From: Lama guanicoe
Taxonomy: Eukaryota
Assembly (NCBI GenBank): GCA_013239625.1
Contig: MU054662.1
Span: 14,001,798 to 14,065,797 of the forward strand
DNA: 64,000 bases
Direction of reading: 5' to 3'
Shown here: positions 1 to 12,906 of the stretch, one piece after another
Layout of the letters: every line of letters begins with the position of its first letter
Position numbering within the stretch: position 1 is the first letter of the stretch
Translations under genes and position numbers: made by a program
The notes under the pieces: generated by a model
Told to the model about the DNA's origin: nothing
Database searches by the model: none
What the model saw: only the letters and a program-made list of their open reading frames with translations

Positions 1-688
1 AGCAGCACCGGGAACAAAGCACAGCCCAGCAGCAGCCTCTCCCGTGCGGCCTGGGCCCCCAGGACCCCAGACGGCCTCACGTGGTCCCCTCCCCGCCCGT
101 CACCCCCCGATGTGCCGGCAGCGTAACAGCTACTCCAGACCAGGTGGATGGATCTCAGGCACCTGGCGGACGTTCGAAGCAGAGGCCGTCGAGCTGGTCG
201 TGAGCTCAGTTTTCTGTTCCACTTGATACCAAGGATGAGGAGAGGAACTGGGAGGGCCCCCAAGAAACCCAATGGGGTGAGTGTCAGAAATTAAACCTCC
301 AAGGAAGAGGAAGGACGGGGTGTGGCCTTGCAGAAATGTTACCTGTAAGAGGAGCTTCCGTCACCACGGACGGGGCCGTGGGCCCGGTGGACGTTGTGTC
401 CGATGTCACGAGAGCTCTGCGTGGCAGGGGCAGCGCCACTGCTGTTGTACAGGTGAGGGAACGAGGCTCCAGCCAGCCCTGCGCTCATCCACACCCGCAG
501 ACCCCAGCCAGCAATGGGAGGGCCGGCACTCAGCCTCAGACGCACGTGACCACCGCTGTCCGCCACAGTCACTGAGCAAAGAGCAGCCAGCCCCTCCGGA
601 CGCCAACATTTCTGCTGGACCGGAATCACGCCAGCTTTGGCAGGAGGTGGAGAGAGGCTTCTGGAGCCAGCACATCGCGGGGGGGGGG

Positions 689-723
689 NNNNNNNNNNNN
701 NNNNNNNNNNNNNNNNNNNNNNN
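689..723. other. Assembly gap (35 N) flanked by G runs
   Basis: N run with G homopolymers on both sides. Confidence 0.99.
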
Positions 724-3548
724 GGGGCGAGTATCCTTCTATGAGTTCTATCAGCCGTCCGAACAGTCCAGAAAACACTGCTGTTCTGTTCGCGTTTTCT
801 CCCGCTATCCAAATCTGCTACCATCAACATGTGATATAATCCTAAACAGAACTTGCACACGTGTGTACATTTTCACGACGCCCCGCCCTCCGTGTGCGGG
901 ACGGGAACACGAACTCCGGCCACAGCGGAAGTTCACGGCCTTGGACTTTCCACGGCCCCAAGAGAAGTGCATTCTTTGAGATTCTTTGAGAATCACACCC
1001 AAAGATCGCCCCCATCCGGGAGGCAGACCCAGCGACGCACTGGGGTGAGCACAAGTGTCTCACAGCCTTGGACGAGGGCCCCACACCCGCGGCCTGGAGT
1101 GGACGGGTTATCTCCAGCCCTGGAAAATCTCCCACGAGATCAAAAACAGATGGTCGACAACGTTGGCAGAAAAAAGTAATTTGTCTAAAGCCGAAGGATT
1201 GATCCATTCGTAACCTCAGAGGAGAAACAGCAGACTCCTGCTCCCCCGCATCCGGGAGCCCAAATCAGGGTCCGGACCCGCCTCGCCGTGGCCGCCGCTC
1301 AGCCATGACCTGGGGCTGGACTGGCTGCTGTCGCCAAGAGACTCTGGCCCCTGTCAGCCCCTCTCCCCAACACTATGCTGCTAAAACAGGGGCTGTTTTC
1401 CATGTTCAGTCGCTCCAGTGTCATTTCACTGACATGACTTTTTTTTCTGGCTGCTCAGTGCCACTCCCAGGCTGGGGGAGGCCAGGCAGGAGCCTCACTC
1501 CCCCCACTGCCCCCTCCCCCTGCGCGGGGCGCCCACCAAGGAGCGAACAAAGCCAGGAGCCCGCGGCCAGCCCCGAAGGCTCAGGCCGCCGGCCGCCTGG
1601 AGGAGAGAAATCACACCGCTCAGGTCCACCTCCCGCTTCGCCAATTTCTACTCCCTTTAATTCAGTCCAGCTCCTCCCGACCCCAGCAGGCTGAGTTCCA
1701 GAGCTACTTTCAACAGATAGCACCAATTACCAAGGTGTGAAAATAGAAACCTCCGAATTTGAGAACAAGCCCAGAGACAGACGGGGACTTAACTGAACTG
1801 AGAAAGAAGGTGAGAGAAGAGGGGGGGGGTCTGGGGGGCAGGGGGGCGGCTGCAGAGACGGCCACCCAGAGGCCCCCAGGACCACAGATGGGTGGGGGCC
1901 GGCGCGTGGACCTGGGACCGTCCTCGCAGGCCGGTGAGAACTCCAGCTCCGCCCCACCGAGCCCTGAACTGGACAGAGGGCCCTGGGAGCCCCGTTCCTC
2001 CTGCTGGACACAGAGGCCTACAGACTCTGCAGGGAGACCCTCGCCCTCTGCAGGGATCTGGTCCAAGGGCGCGGCACGGGGGAGGAGAGCCCCAGGGGCT
2101 CCCACAGGCAGCCGGTGGTCATGGGAGCCATGCGCACCCGGGGCAGGTGGGGGTCACCTCCCCGCAGGCTTCCTTGGAGACCCCCGCCCCCCTCCCCGTG
2201 CCACACAGCCTGGGCCGTCCAAACCCACGCCGGGATTCGTAACTCTGTCAAAATTCCCCAAGTATCGGCTAGTTTATGCTTTTTGGTCGAAGTTAATTAC
2301 ATGACCTTTTACACTGGCATACGGTCCCCCACAGAACACAAATGAAGCAGGTGCTCAGGAAATACTTGAAACAACGGTTTAAATATGGTGTCCAGTAAAG
2401 CTGGCCTTGTAATTTAAGAAAAAGATGACGTTCCCACAGCATTAACAGTAACCCAGTGAGGCCGCCCCCCACCCCGGCTAGATGAGGAGCTACTGAGAAG
2501 AACTACCCTCCACACACACCCCCACCCCCCAGGGACGGAAAGGGGGCTCCCAGGGAGCTCCAGCACCAGGCCCAGCCTGAGGCTCGCGGGCCCGTGCCCT
2601 CTCCCCAGCGGTCAGTGACCCCTGGACCGGGCACCCTGGGCCTCAGAGAAGCCAGCCGCCCTTCCTCCCTCGCCCACCAGGTGCCTGCCCGGCACGGGCT
2701 CCAGCCGGCCCCCAGCCCCCCGGGCACCCTACCTGCCCTTCCTGCGGGAGCCGCTCCACCTGTCCCGAGAGCCCGGCGTCCGCGTCTCTTCACCGGCGCG
2801 GCGTCCTCCTCCCCACCTCCCCTGACCCCCAGGCTCCGCCCCGCTCGGCGTCCGCGTCTGGTCGTGGACTGTAAACCACACAGCGGGCGGGAGCTTGCCC
2901 CCTCCGGACTCGAGACCGCGGCTTGAACCCTGATCAACAGCTGACCTGCGGTTTTCTTTAACTTTCCTCTGTCTGTTTCCTAATCTTCCACGTGTGGAAA
3001 ACCGGCCCGTGCCTGCCACGGGCCACGGGAGCACCAGGGGCCGGCTGCCCTGGCCAGGTGGGGTGCCCTGCTGCTTCTCTTCCCAACTGGGGCACAGGCC
3101 CCCCGAGTCGGGGGAAGCGCCACCCCTGCCCCGCCCGGAACGGCGCTGAGGGCGTGACCCGCGCTCCCCGTCCAGGGGGGGGTGCCCGCGGGCCTTGGGC
3201 AGCTGCGGCGCGGCAGCTCACAGGTGTGTGTGATTCCACGGACACGCCCACAGCACACGGAAGCAAGCGGGAAACATGCACACACGGACACACACACAGG
3301 TGCCTGTTCTCCCTCCCGAGGGTCAACCTAGTAACACCCTGCTCAGAGAAGAAACTGACCTGAGAACTCTGGGCCAGATCCCCTGACTTCTGTCCACATC
3401 CTCGGGCCCGTCACTGCTGACCAGCCCCCCCGCCCCCGCCCGCCTTGTGCCTGTGCTGTGTGCTGGGCGCACACGGCCACAGCTCCTGGTCTGAGTGCTG
3501 AGCTACACTGAGCCCGCCCCCGCTGGGGGGGACACTTCCAGACGAGAT

Positions 3549-3658
3549 CAGGGTGACCAGCGTCCCGGTCCGCCTGGGCTGGACGGGCCCTGGGCGCAGG
3601 GCTCCCGGTCCTAAAGCCAGGGCTGTTCTGGGCAAACCAGGCCGACTGGGAAACCTGG
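3549..3658. mobile_element. MER81-like hAT (Blackjack) MITE remnant
   Basis: cagggtgaccagcgtcccggt...gggcaaaccaggccgactgggaaacctg resembles the recalled MER81 termini and length. Confidence 0.55.
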
Positions 3659-5823
3659 CCGCAGCCTTGATGGCACGGACGGGGCGGGCGTGACACACTG
3701 CGGAAGAGCCCAGCCGGGCCTGAGGGCTAGAATCCGCAGAGAGCCTCCTCCACATTCTAGACTCGCTGATTTTTTCATCTCTCTTTAAAGCTGTGGAAAA
3801 TGAGTCTCACGGGAATACGTCTGCTCGGAGTCAAGTGTGAGTGGCAGAGTTGAGATGGAAACTCGGATCTCCGTGAGGACCATCAGGTCCCCCAGCCGCC
3901 CGAGCAGACACCACAGCACCGTCGGGGGCCTGCCGCGAGAGCTCAGAGACACGCAGGCCAGTGGACGTCACCTCAGCTGGTCAGCATCTCCCCCGCCCAC
4001 CACGTTGTGGCCACGGCTCCTCTGAACCCGGCTGTAAATCCTGCCCGTCTGTAAACACCCAGCCCCAGCCCCCGCCATCCCTTAGCGCTTTGACACTAAT
4101 TGCTCCACAGAGTGTGCGACTGGCAACACCTTATTAAAAGTGAAATATATCCCACTGCCCGCTGATCGCTGCGTTAGAAAGATAAAGTGGCTGGCAAAGC
4201 ATCTGACAAAGGGGCTTCTAAATCGAAGCCTGTGAGAGGCGGCTCCTGGGACCCAGGCCGCGTCGGGGTGGGGCCGGAGTTTCCCCGGCCTGCCCCGAAG
4301 ATTTCTCCACTGCTGCGGCTCCTCCTCAAAGATGAGCTTCCAGGCAACGAGCCTTGGTGCCGAAGAGAGAGAAACGCGGCAGCTCTCAGAGCCAAGAGCG
4401 CAGCCCTGTCCTTCCAGGGCCTGAGCAGGCGGAGAGGAGGCTCATCGGGGAGGGGGCGCTGGGCGGCCGGGGGCAGGGCAGGTGGTCTAGAGCGAGAGCC
4501 CCGAGCTCAGACTGAACACTGACGGCTTTCAGACAAGCGTGGGACGACATGGAAACCCGCCAAGCCCAGAGTTCCACAGTCAGAGCAAAGGCAAAGTGGA
4601 CACCTGCCGACGCTCAGCCATCAGAGAGTCCGCCCTCCCCCAGCCTCGCCCAGGCCGCTCGCCGGGGCTCCGCTCTGCAGAGCAGATGCTGCGGTGACCT
4701 CGCACTGCAGGAAGTGGGATTCGACCCTCCGATCCAAATGCCCAAACACGCTTCCCAAACACCCTCAGATCCAAGGTTGCCTGGCAGTTCACGTGGCTTA
4801 CAAGCTAAGAGCGTCTCTCACATTTCTAACGGGCTGTGAAAGAAGAGTCTGAGATAGAGGCCTCGTGTGGCCCGCGACGCCTGAAATATCTCCTTCACAG
4901 CAAAGAGTCAGCGGCCAGTCTCCCGGAACGGGGAAGTGAGAGGAAGCTCTGGCATGGAGGGAGACAACGGGAGGCACAAACATGCCCCCCGGAGAGCACT
5001 GCCCGCCTCCACCTTGCACGCCGCGCGCGGGCGCTGAGGCCTGACTCATCGGGTCCGCTGTGCATGCTGGGAAGGGCCTCTGTCCTGGCGACGCCTCGCT
5101 GCTGTCTCCATCCCGCCGGTGCTGAGCCGTGGCCGCGTTGGGCGGACGGCCCCAGGGGCCGGCAGGTAACAAGGAGACGGAGGGGCGGAGGGAGCCTGTC
5201 GCCCTGCCTGTGTTGTGTTTCCGAGATACCAAATTGCCCGATCACGCTGACATTTCCGAGACCAAATTAAAATGCACCACCATGGAGACAAAATGTCATT
5301 AGCCTCATTGTAAGTGATTGTGTTAAAACAAATACAAAAATAAAGTGGAAATTAGTCCAAATCATTAAAATACAGAAGCAAAAATGGCCAACAGGGACCT
5401 TACATGAGACAGACTAAGAAAGGTTGAGACACCCCTGAGGGAGTCAGGAGACGGATGGAGCTGGCGCAGCCGCACACGGGCAACAGGAACAGCGTGGGCG
5501 CCAAGGCCAGGGCGGCGAGTCCTCCGCCATGTTGCGCAGCCTTAGAGAGGACGCTTGGCCTCACCAACCCCAGGGCTCCTTCTCTGGGAAGGTGAGAAAG
5601 TGACCTCACCTTTTATACGTCTGTTAAGAGCCTCACATCTGAGTAGGAAGAAATATCTTTTGAGTGGGAAACTGTGCTGAAGACAGTGCCCTGCAGAGAA
5701 GGGGCAGGAAGCCCCTCTGGGCAGAGAGGTGACTGACCCTGACCGGGGACAGGGCATCCTCCCAGGGTAGTCCCTGCTTTTCTCGAGAGGCTGAGCTGTG
5801 GCCACAGGCAGAGCTCCTGCGAG

Positions 5824-6276
5824 CGTCATCGAACCAAACCGGGGTCTGCCCGCCGCACAGTGAAGCCAGGCCACGGACGCGGGTCGCAGTGAAGGAAAGC
5901 GCAGTGGCCACTGCAGGTGCCAGGCAAGGAGCCCAGGCGCCCAGCGCTCCGAACACGCGAACTCGCCCTGGGTTTCCGGGAGGCAGCTTTACAGGCCAGG
6001 TGCGGGAGGGGCCCCGGCGTGAGGGACCAGCTGGTGCACAGTTCCCTGTCGGCTGATGGCCGCTGGGTTAACCGTATCCACCCTTAGGCGTCAGCAGGTC
6101 CGGGGGTAGGTGCTCCTGGTCCCTAAGTAGTTGATTTCTTCCATTTGGCAGGCGTTTGAGCTCCTGTGAGACAACTCAGGAGGTACTGTTCTCCAGGGAC
6201 TTCAGAGAGGCGCTGACGCAGAGGCTACGGAGGGGGTGCCTGTCCAGGGAGGCCCCGCAGGGTCCTGCTCGTTACA
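5824..6276 (-). mobile_element. ERV1-class solo LTR, GC-shifted
   Basis: Starts cgtcatcgaaccaaaccggggtc and ends gggtcctgctcgttaca, with internal aagtagttgatttcttccatttgg and acttcagagagg blocks typical of laurasiatherian ERV1 LTRs (recalled). Confidence 0.65.
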
Positions 6277-7929
6277 CAGGGAGCCCAGGCACGGGACGCT
6301 GAGACAAGGTTCAGATTACGATTCAGTGTCACCTCGACTCCCCACCGTCCACGGGGGCACAGCCACACCCCACCCCGCCGCCCGGTCCCTCTGCTCTCTG
6401 CCGCTTCACCCACCTGCCCTTCGCCCCCACTGCTTTCACCCACACCCTTTCGCTGGCACCGCGGACTTGGCCCCGTCAGTCTGGCCCCGGTCACACACTG
6501 TCCACCTACTGCGTTTCTCATCCCCCTGGTGGACGTCTGCCCGTGACGGACTTGAGCCACAACTGGTGTGAACCGAGCCCCGAAGGAAGGGAACACAACC
6601 TCCCCGGCTGCTCTAACTGGGGACGGACGCTCCCAGTTAGGAAGCGCTCTAACTGCCACCTCCCCACCCACGAAGGCCACGTGGAGCCCGTCCCCGGAGG
6701 CACCGTGACCGGAGGCTGAATTCCTGCCTCAGCCGCCTTCCCCGCAGGGACCGACACTGCCCGCCAGCGCTGGCTTCCCTCCGGCGAGCCCGCCGGCCCG
6801 GGGGCTGCCGCCTGTCGACGCGAAGGCGGCGCCAGGTCTCCCCTTGGGCTCAGGGCTGCTGTTTGCCCTGAACACAAGCGTCTTACCAGCATGAGCCGCC
6901 CATCTGGAAGCGCGGAGACAGTCAGGACACTGTTAGCGTCCCCCTAACTCGGGCTCACCCCCCAAAGCCTCCAGCTCCCTCTGCGGCAGGAGGCGGCCCG
7001 TCTTTGCCTTTTCCTCCACCAGCCCTGTCATCACGACCCCTCAGGAACCGTGTGGACGGGTCAGCAGGATGTTAGGTTGAGTTTTGTTTTGTTTCAGCTG
7101 CGTTCCTGGGAGAACTGGGTGGGAGGACAAGACCAGGAAGGGGACGGAGGCCGGAGGCCGGCAGAAGGCAGGAGGAGGTGGGGCCGGCCCTCCTCCAGCC
7201 AGCGGACGCGGCGGTTGCTGCAAGAGGCCACTCAGGGCGTTGCCTGAACCACAGGAGCAAAAAACCTTGACCCTGGCACCCCAGGCAGAACAGTCGCCAT
7301 TCAGCCGGCCTGTGCAAAAGCTACAGCCATCGCTCTGCGCTGGGGCGGGGGCCGGCGACCCGGTCCTGTGCGCATCTCCACCGCCGGCGTGCGCCTTCCC
7401 CTGGACTCGTTACGTGCTCCCATGGGGCCCCAGGCGCCCACCCCTCCCTCCACGCCCAGCAGGCTTCCCGCACTGACTTCTTGGTTCCTGCACTAGCATC
7501 CTTCTCCCGCTCTCCTCCATAAACTCGAGAACCTGGATTCAGAAAGTGGGCCCGCTTCTCCCATCCCTCCACAGGGTGGGACTCGGGACAGAGAAGCCCT
7601 CCTCCTGAAGCCAGGCCAGCGGCTCGGAGGGCTGGAGGGACTGCCTGCCGCAGCGCGGACCGGGCAACACGGGGACCGGAGAAGGCGTGGTGGGAAAGCG
7701 CAACGAGAGGCTGACCTCCGGCCGAGGAGACGCGTCTTCAGAGAAGGCGCCAGCACTCACCCTGTGAAGCGGGGGTGGTGGAGGCAGGCCAGAGCCGGTC
7801 AAACACGGCCTCAAGGCTGGGCCAACGCCATCAGGCCCTGCTCTCCGAGTGCCCATTAGAATCACAAAACATCAGAGCCGCCGGCACCTTACGGGTCCTC
7901 TAGTGCAAACTGCTTTTGTAAAGAAGACC

Positions 7930-8010
7930 CTTGAGGCTGAGAACAGCCCAGTGACCCGCCCAAGGTCACACAGCGGGCGCTGCGGTGAGAGAACAGAGGC
8001 TGGGGTCCGG
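7930..8010 (-). mobile_element. MIR fragment
   Basis: tgaggctgaga...gcccaaggtcacacagc is the reverse complement of the MIR core. Confidence 0.55.
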
Positions 8011-8169
8011 GCCCTGCAGCCCCTTGGCGGCCCCTCGGCGGCCCCACGCAGCTCACTCTTGGGGAACAGGAGACTCCTGACCCCCAGGAGTTCACTCCCT
8101 GATCACAGAGACAAAGTAAAGACACTCTTATAAGTGGCCATCAAGACGGTAAACCATTAAAATCCCAGA

Positions 8170-8346
8170 TGAGCCTCGGCCAGAATCAAGGTCACCAGGG
8201 GACGTTTTATAAAATCCGAACATCTGACGCTGAGCCCTGACCACTTACATCAGAGTCTCAGGGAGCAGGGCCTGAGGGGCGTCTGGGCTGATCTGCAGCT
8301 GCCCCCAGGTGGTCCCAAAGCGCAGACAAGGCCGAGAACCAACGCT
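8170..8346. mobile_element. MER5A-like hAT-Charlie element
   Basis: cagaatca...tcaccagggga...atcagagtctc...cccccaggtggt...gagaacca pattern. Confidence 0.6.
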
Positions 8347-10982
8347 GGCAGGTCAGGAGGGAAGAGCTGCTTCCTGGGTGAAGTGCCCAGAGGCTGCTTG
8401 GAGAAGAAGGCATCTGGGCTGGGCCTCGGGGGTTAATCCCTGCTTTCCTCGCTCTCTGGCCTCTGCGTCCACCTTCAGCGTAGTGGTCCAGGGAGATTTC
8501 CAGCCCCGGTTCCCCACGGGAGAGGGTGAGGCAGGCCCACGTCCTGGGAGAGAGGCGCCTTCAGGTCGGGTCGGCAGCCCTGCCCAGCGGAGCCCTGCGG
8601 CACCCTGTGAGTTCAGCCCACGGGCGTCAGATGAGGGTCGGGGCTGCTGTGAGTGACGCTCTCTCTGGCCCAGCAGGGAACTGGCCCCAGCCCCCTAATC
8701 ACACAGAGAGAGAACAGGGACTCCCAGAGGGCTGTCAAGAGTCACCTCCCCTAGATCTGCACCACAGACCTCACCTGCCCGGGTCGGCAGCCTGGTCCCT
8801 TGGTGCTGGACACACCTGGCACACGGAAGCGGGCAGGGAGGAGCGGCTGGCTGTGGTCGTGGGGGCTGGGGCTGGCTGGGCCCCCCCAGCCTTGTGTGGC
8901 ACCACCTCCCACCACCCAGTCAGGACAACAGGACAGACGGACAGAAGGAGGCTGTGCTCCCCAAGACCCCCTCCTGACTCCGCAGTGTGGCAGTGTGGCA
9001 GTGCTGTTCAGCATTTGCACTGAGATTGCCTTGAGATCCCCGGAGACTTCCTCTGACGACGCTCCTCCGAGAACCTCCGCCCACGATCCACCACAGCAGC
9101 TCCCACCTAAGTCACGGAAGGTTCGGAAGGTGCCCAAGGGAACACGGGCCGTTGGCTGTCTCCTGTGCGGCCGGCCCGCCTGCCCAGGATGCTTCCACAC
9201 GGCGGACTCTCCCATTGAAAGACCCACTCACGCTGGGGAGGGCACAGCTCAGTGGCTGTGTTCCCAGGGCAGCCCTTTCCGAGTGGCCCTGGCTCAGGCT
9301 CCTGTCCCGAGGCTGCGGTGCCTGGTTCAGAGTGGGCGCTGGCCAGACGCCCTGGCAGGTGTGACCTTGAAGAATGAACCGCTGCCTATGCAGTTTCACC
9401 TACACCACAGTTGGCGTTTACAAGTGGGGCTCGTGAAAGGGCCCTAATCAGCGAGCCAGGCCGCAGGAATTAACAGTTTAGCTTCTAAAATTATTGTCGT
9501 CAACAACCCAGCAGCAGAGAAATCAGGCCAGCAGGGTCAGCTGACGGTGGGAAGGAAATACGACTCAGAATGCCAAAGCGTCCGTCCTCTCGCGCCAGGC
9601 CCCTCCGGGGCTGGGAAGGGCTCTCCCCACAGCAGTCGGGGGCTCGGACAGCACGGTCTGCAAGGAGCACAGGTGCCCTGGACGGGTCAGGACGCCAGAA
9701 AGTCACCGTGGACACGGGTCACATCGCCAGGTGTCGGCGAGCCTCAGGGCTCCAGTGCTGGCGGTGGCCGCAGAGGGGGCCGCAGAGCCGCGGGCAAACG
9801 AGAAGCCAGAGCAGGGCCAGGGCTGAACAGGGCCGGGTCGGCTTTCCGCCGAGCGGCTGACAGAGGCGGCACTCTGGCTGCGCCGCAGGCTTGGAGCCCT
9901 AAGGCACTGGCCCCTAGAACACGGGCCGGGTGCTTCAGCCCGTGAGTCACTTCCAACAGGGGAGGCAGAGGCAGGGACCCATCAAACATTCCCACCTGGC
10001 TTTTGCCACCTCCACTCCGGCTCACCTCGTCTGCTCCCATCCTCTGCACTGGAGCTCCCAGCCGTCCCGGTCACAGAACGGCCGTGGGCAGACGCAGGGC
10101 ACGCTGAGTGTCCTGCCAAAGGTCCCGCCTTGGCGTCAAGAAGCAGTCCGTTGTACAAGGACTGCGGCGGGTGCAGCCTTCAGAGCTGCGGCTCACTACA
10201 GGGCGCACCTGTGGTGTGTACAAAACTCTGCACAGTGCACGCCAGTACATAAACACGGCCGCACCAAACCCCCCTCCCCCAAAGCAGCCCAGACACTTAG
10301 GGCCCCTCTCACTGCTCGGCTGCAGGAAATAACTTTTCTTTCAAACTGGCTCAGCTTTTACATCGACCTCAAAGCTCCACCGCCGTCCTCGTGGGTCGGG
10401 CTACACTATTCACAACCCACTAATTTTCAGACACTTCGTTTTAGCTGAGGTTCAAGCGTCCGTGCATAGGAGCCTGGTCCGGGCTGCCGCTCGCACCCCT
10501 GCCTGCCCTCGAGCGAGTGAAGTAAACTCTAAGTCTGCCCTGAAGAAAAGCTGCTGAAACAGCTCGGCCAATAAGAATTGCACATGCTCAGCAAGGGGCA
10601 GCCCGGCTAAACTGAGCGCGGTTATGGCTTGAGACCCTTCCTTTCTGTTTCGCTCCAGACAGAGCCCTCCGGAGACCAGCCTTAGCCCGTGCCTACAGTG
10701 TTGTTATCAAGCACGGCCCTCGGGTCAGCCGCTCCCGCAGAGCATTCCTGAGCGAGCACGCAGCACTGATGAGGCGGTCAGTGACCCGATTTACAGGTTT
10801 CGGATAAACCGAATTTTCAGTGGACAAACAAACTGAGAATTAGAAGCTTCTCACGGACTTGAAACCAGGGCAGATGAGCAGTGCCGGCTGTGGAATGAAA
10901 GAGGAGGCTGCCCCTCAGGGGCTGAGAGGCACAGCTGACACAGTCGGGGTGCAGGGGCCGTCCTGACGCGTAAAACCACAGA

Positions 10983-11172
10983 GCGGTGACGCTCAGCCGG
11001 GAGCAGCTGTGCCCCCCAGGGGACACCTGTCGACGCTTGGTTGTCACAGCTGGAGAGGTGCTCTGGCATCTGTGGGGAGAGGCCAGGGATGCAGTTCACC
11101 CCCCTGCAGACCACCCCCCCAGCCCAGAAGGGCCCAGAGTGCCGGTGGCACGGGGACGTTAGGGAAACCGAG
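10983..11172 (+). mobile_element. MER20 hAT-Charlie element
   Basis: tgccccccaggggaca...ttggttgtcacagctgg...ctggcatctgtggggagaggccagggatgc...gttagggaaacc matches recalled MER20 blocks. Confidence 0.75.
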
Positions 11173-11175
11173 TTC

Positions 11176-11368
11176 AAGAAGCTAACGGGCGTGATCGTTT
11201 CCATTAAAAGTCACCACAAGGTACTGAATGCAGTTCCCTGTGCTGTGTGTGTGACTGGGACATCGTGCTGGACACCAGAAATTGATACATTGTAACTGAC
11301 TGTGCTCCAATAAAAAAATTGTAAAATAAAATGCATTAAAAATTAAAGAAAGAAAGAAGCTGACAGGC
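11176..11368 (+). mobile_element. Short, 5'-truncated and 5'-inverted L1 3' end with A-rich tail and TSDs
   Basis: gactgggacatcgtgctggacaccagaaattgatacattgtaactgac followed by aataaa and an A-rich tail. TSDs are aagaagctaacgggc (11176-11190) and aagaagctgacaggc (11354-11368). Confidence 0.85.
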
Positions 11369-12871
11369 AACCACAGCAGCTAAAAACAGAAGCGTCACTG
11401 AAGGTGGAACCAGCTTGGTGAGCCACACGGCAAGCGTGCCCCAGATCACAGACCGGGAAGATGAGACGGAAGCGGAAGGTGTGCGTGGCATTGCCACACG
11501 GATGTGGTTCAAGTCGAGGGAGAAAGGAAACCCCTTTACCATCAGCCAAGAAAACCCAGAAGCCCAAGTGAGGAGACAGGGGAGTGGGGCCGCTTACAAA
11601 AGTGCCTCGTTCCCCAGGCTCTGGGGAGGGTTTCCCGCACTCTGTTCAGGAGGCTCCAAACACGCACACTTCTCCTGGTGCTGGGACCGCGTCGCTCTCC
11701 CGGCGCTGCAGGGAGACCCGCCGGGCTCTGCGGAGGGGGCGGGTGGTGCAGGCTGGAAGGGGCTGGAGTGGGCAGCAACGCCTCGTCCGGCATCCCAGCA
11801 GCACGAAGCCAGCCTGGACCCGTCCAGACCCAGACGTCACAACAGGACTGGACGTGCAGTATCTGGGAGAGACGGTGGGGATGGAGCCGGAAAGGCTGGA
11901 CTGCGGTGCAGCTCTGGCCCTGGGGGGCGCGAGGGCGAGGCCGCAGGAAGGCTGGCAGACTGGGAAGGCGAGTCCTTTTAAGGAAGGTTGGCAAAGACCC
12001 TGGGGAGCCTCAAGCCGAAGTCGCCCCTCAAGGAGGCCGTGTCCCCCCAGAACAGGCGTGACCGGCCCCTCGGTGGCCACGAGCCCAACACAGCCATGGC
12101 CACCAGAGAGCAGAGGCCAGGGCTGTGGCCAAGGGTGTTTCCTGCAGCCAGAGACCCGAGGGCCCCCTGGTCCCGGCTGCTGCCAAGGCTGGGACCACGT
12201 GCGGGGACACGCTCCCACTGCCTAGCTTCCTGTGTTACTCCTTCCCGTGTCTGCATCACTGCGGGTTCACGACAGCCCTGCCCCAGCTGGACCTCCCCTC
12301 TGGGGAGCAGGCACCTTCCAAGCCAGGACCTCAGCACCTCGCAGCAGGTGTCCCTGGAGAAGAGCCGTGACAGCAGGAGGACGAGGCGGAGACTCGAGAT
12401 GAGGACCACACGCAGAGGGGACGGGGGGTCCCCGCACTCAGCTTCTTCCCCCACAAAGACTGTCTTGCGTTCATTTCCCTTCAATGGTCTTTTCTGATAA
12501 ACAAGAGACTATCCGTGGTGCGGGTCTGTGACCACTGCCACGGTCCTCGTCCTCACCACAAAGACAGCACTGTTGAAGGCCACCAGCTGCTCTCGGACGG
12601 GCCTTCCATAGCAACTGCACCGAGCCAGCCTCCAGAGTGGTCTGCGGCCAAGGACAGCCCCCCGCTGCGCCCCAGGGAGAGGCGGCGAGGCCAGGGCCCC
12701 CAGAGCCTTTTGCCAACGATGATTGGACATTTCTGTCCTGACTGGGCCCCAGTGGCCCTCACCCCCGGGGATGCGCTGAGAGTCACCTTGAGTGAAGGGA
12801 AGGGATATCAGAGTTCCTGTCTTTGTTCACTTACTTCCATCTTATCCTTTTTGTCATCACGTATGTACAGC

Positions 12872-12906
12872 AATATATGAATACATAAATATATATATAT
12901 ACATAC
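12872..12906. repeat. (TA)n-rich low-complexity repeat
   Basis: aatatatgaatacataaatatatatatatacatac. Confidence 0.7.

Noticed and set aside
163-221. Second Ser/Thr-rich exon-like segment (VEQKTELTTSSTASASNVRQ) on the minus strand
   Set aside because: The donor (gtgcct) is weak, 59 nt breaks the phase, and I recognise no homolog.
12471-12493. Acceptor-like site followed by EKTIEGK-stop on the minus strand (possible terminal or poison exon)
   Set aside because: Too short, with no supporting homology. Such AG-plus-short-ORF matches are common in long introns.
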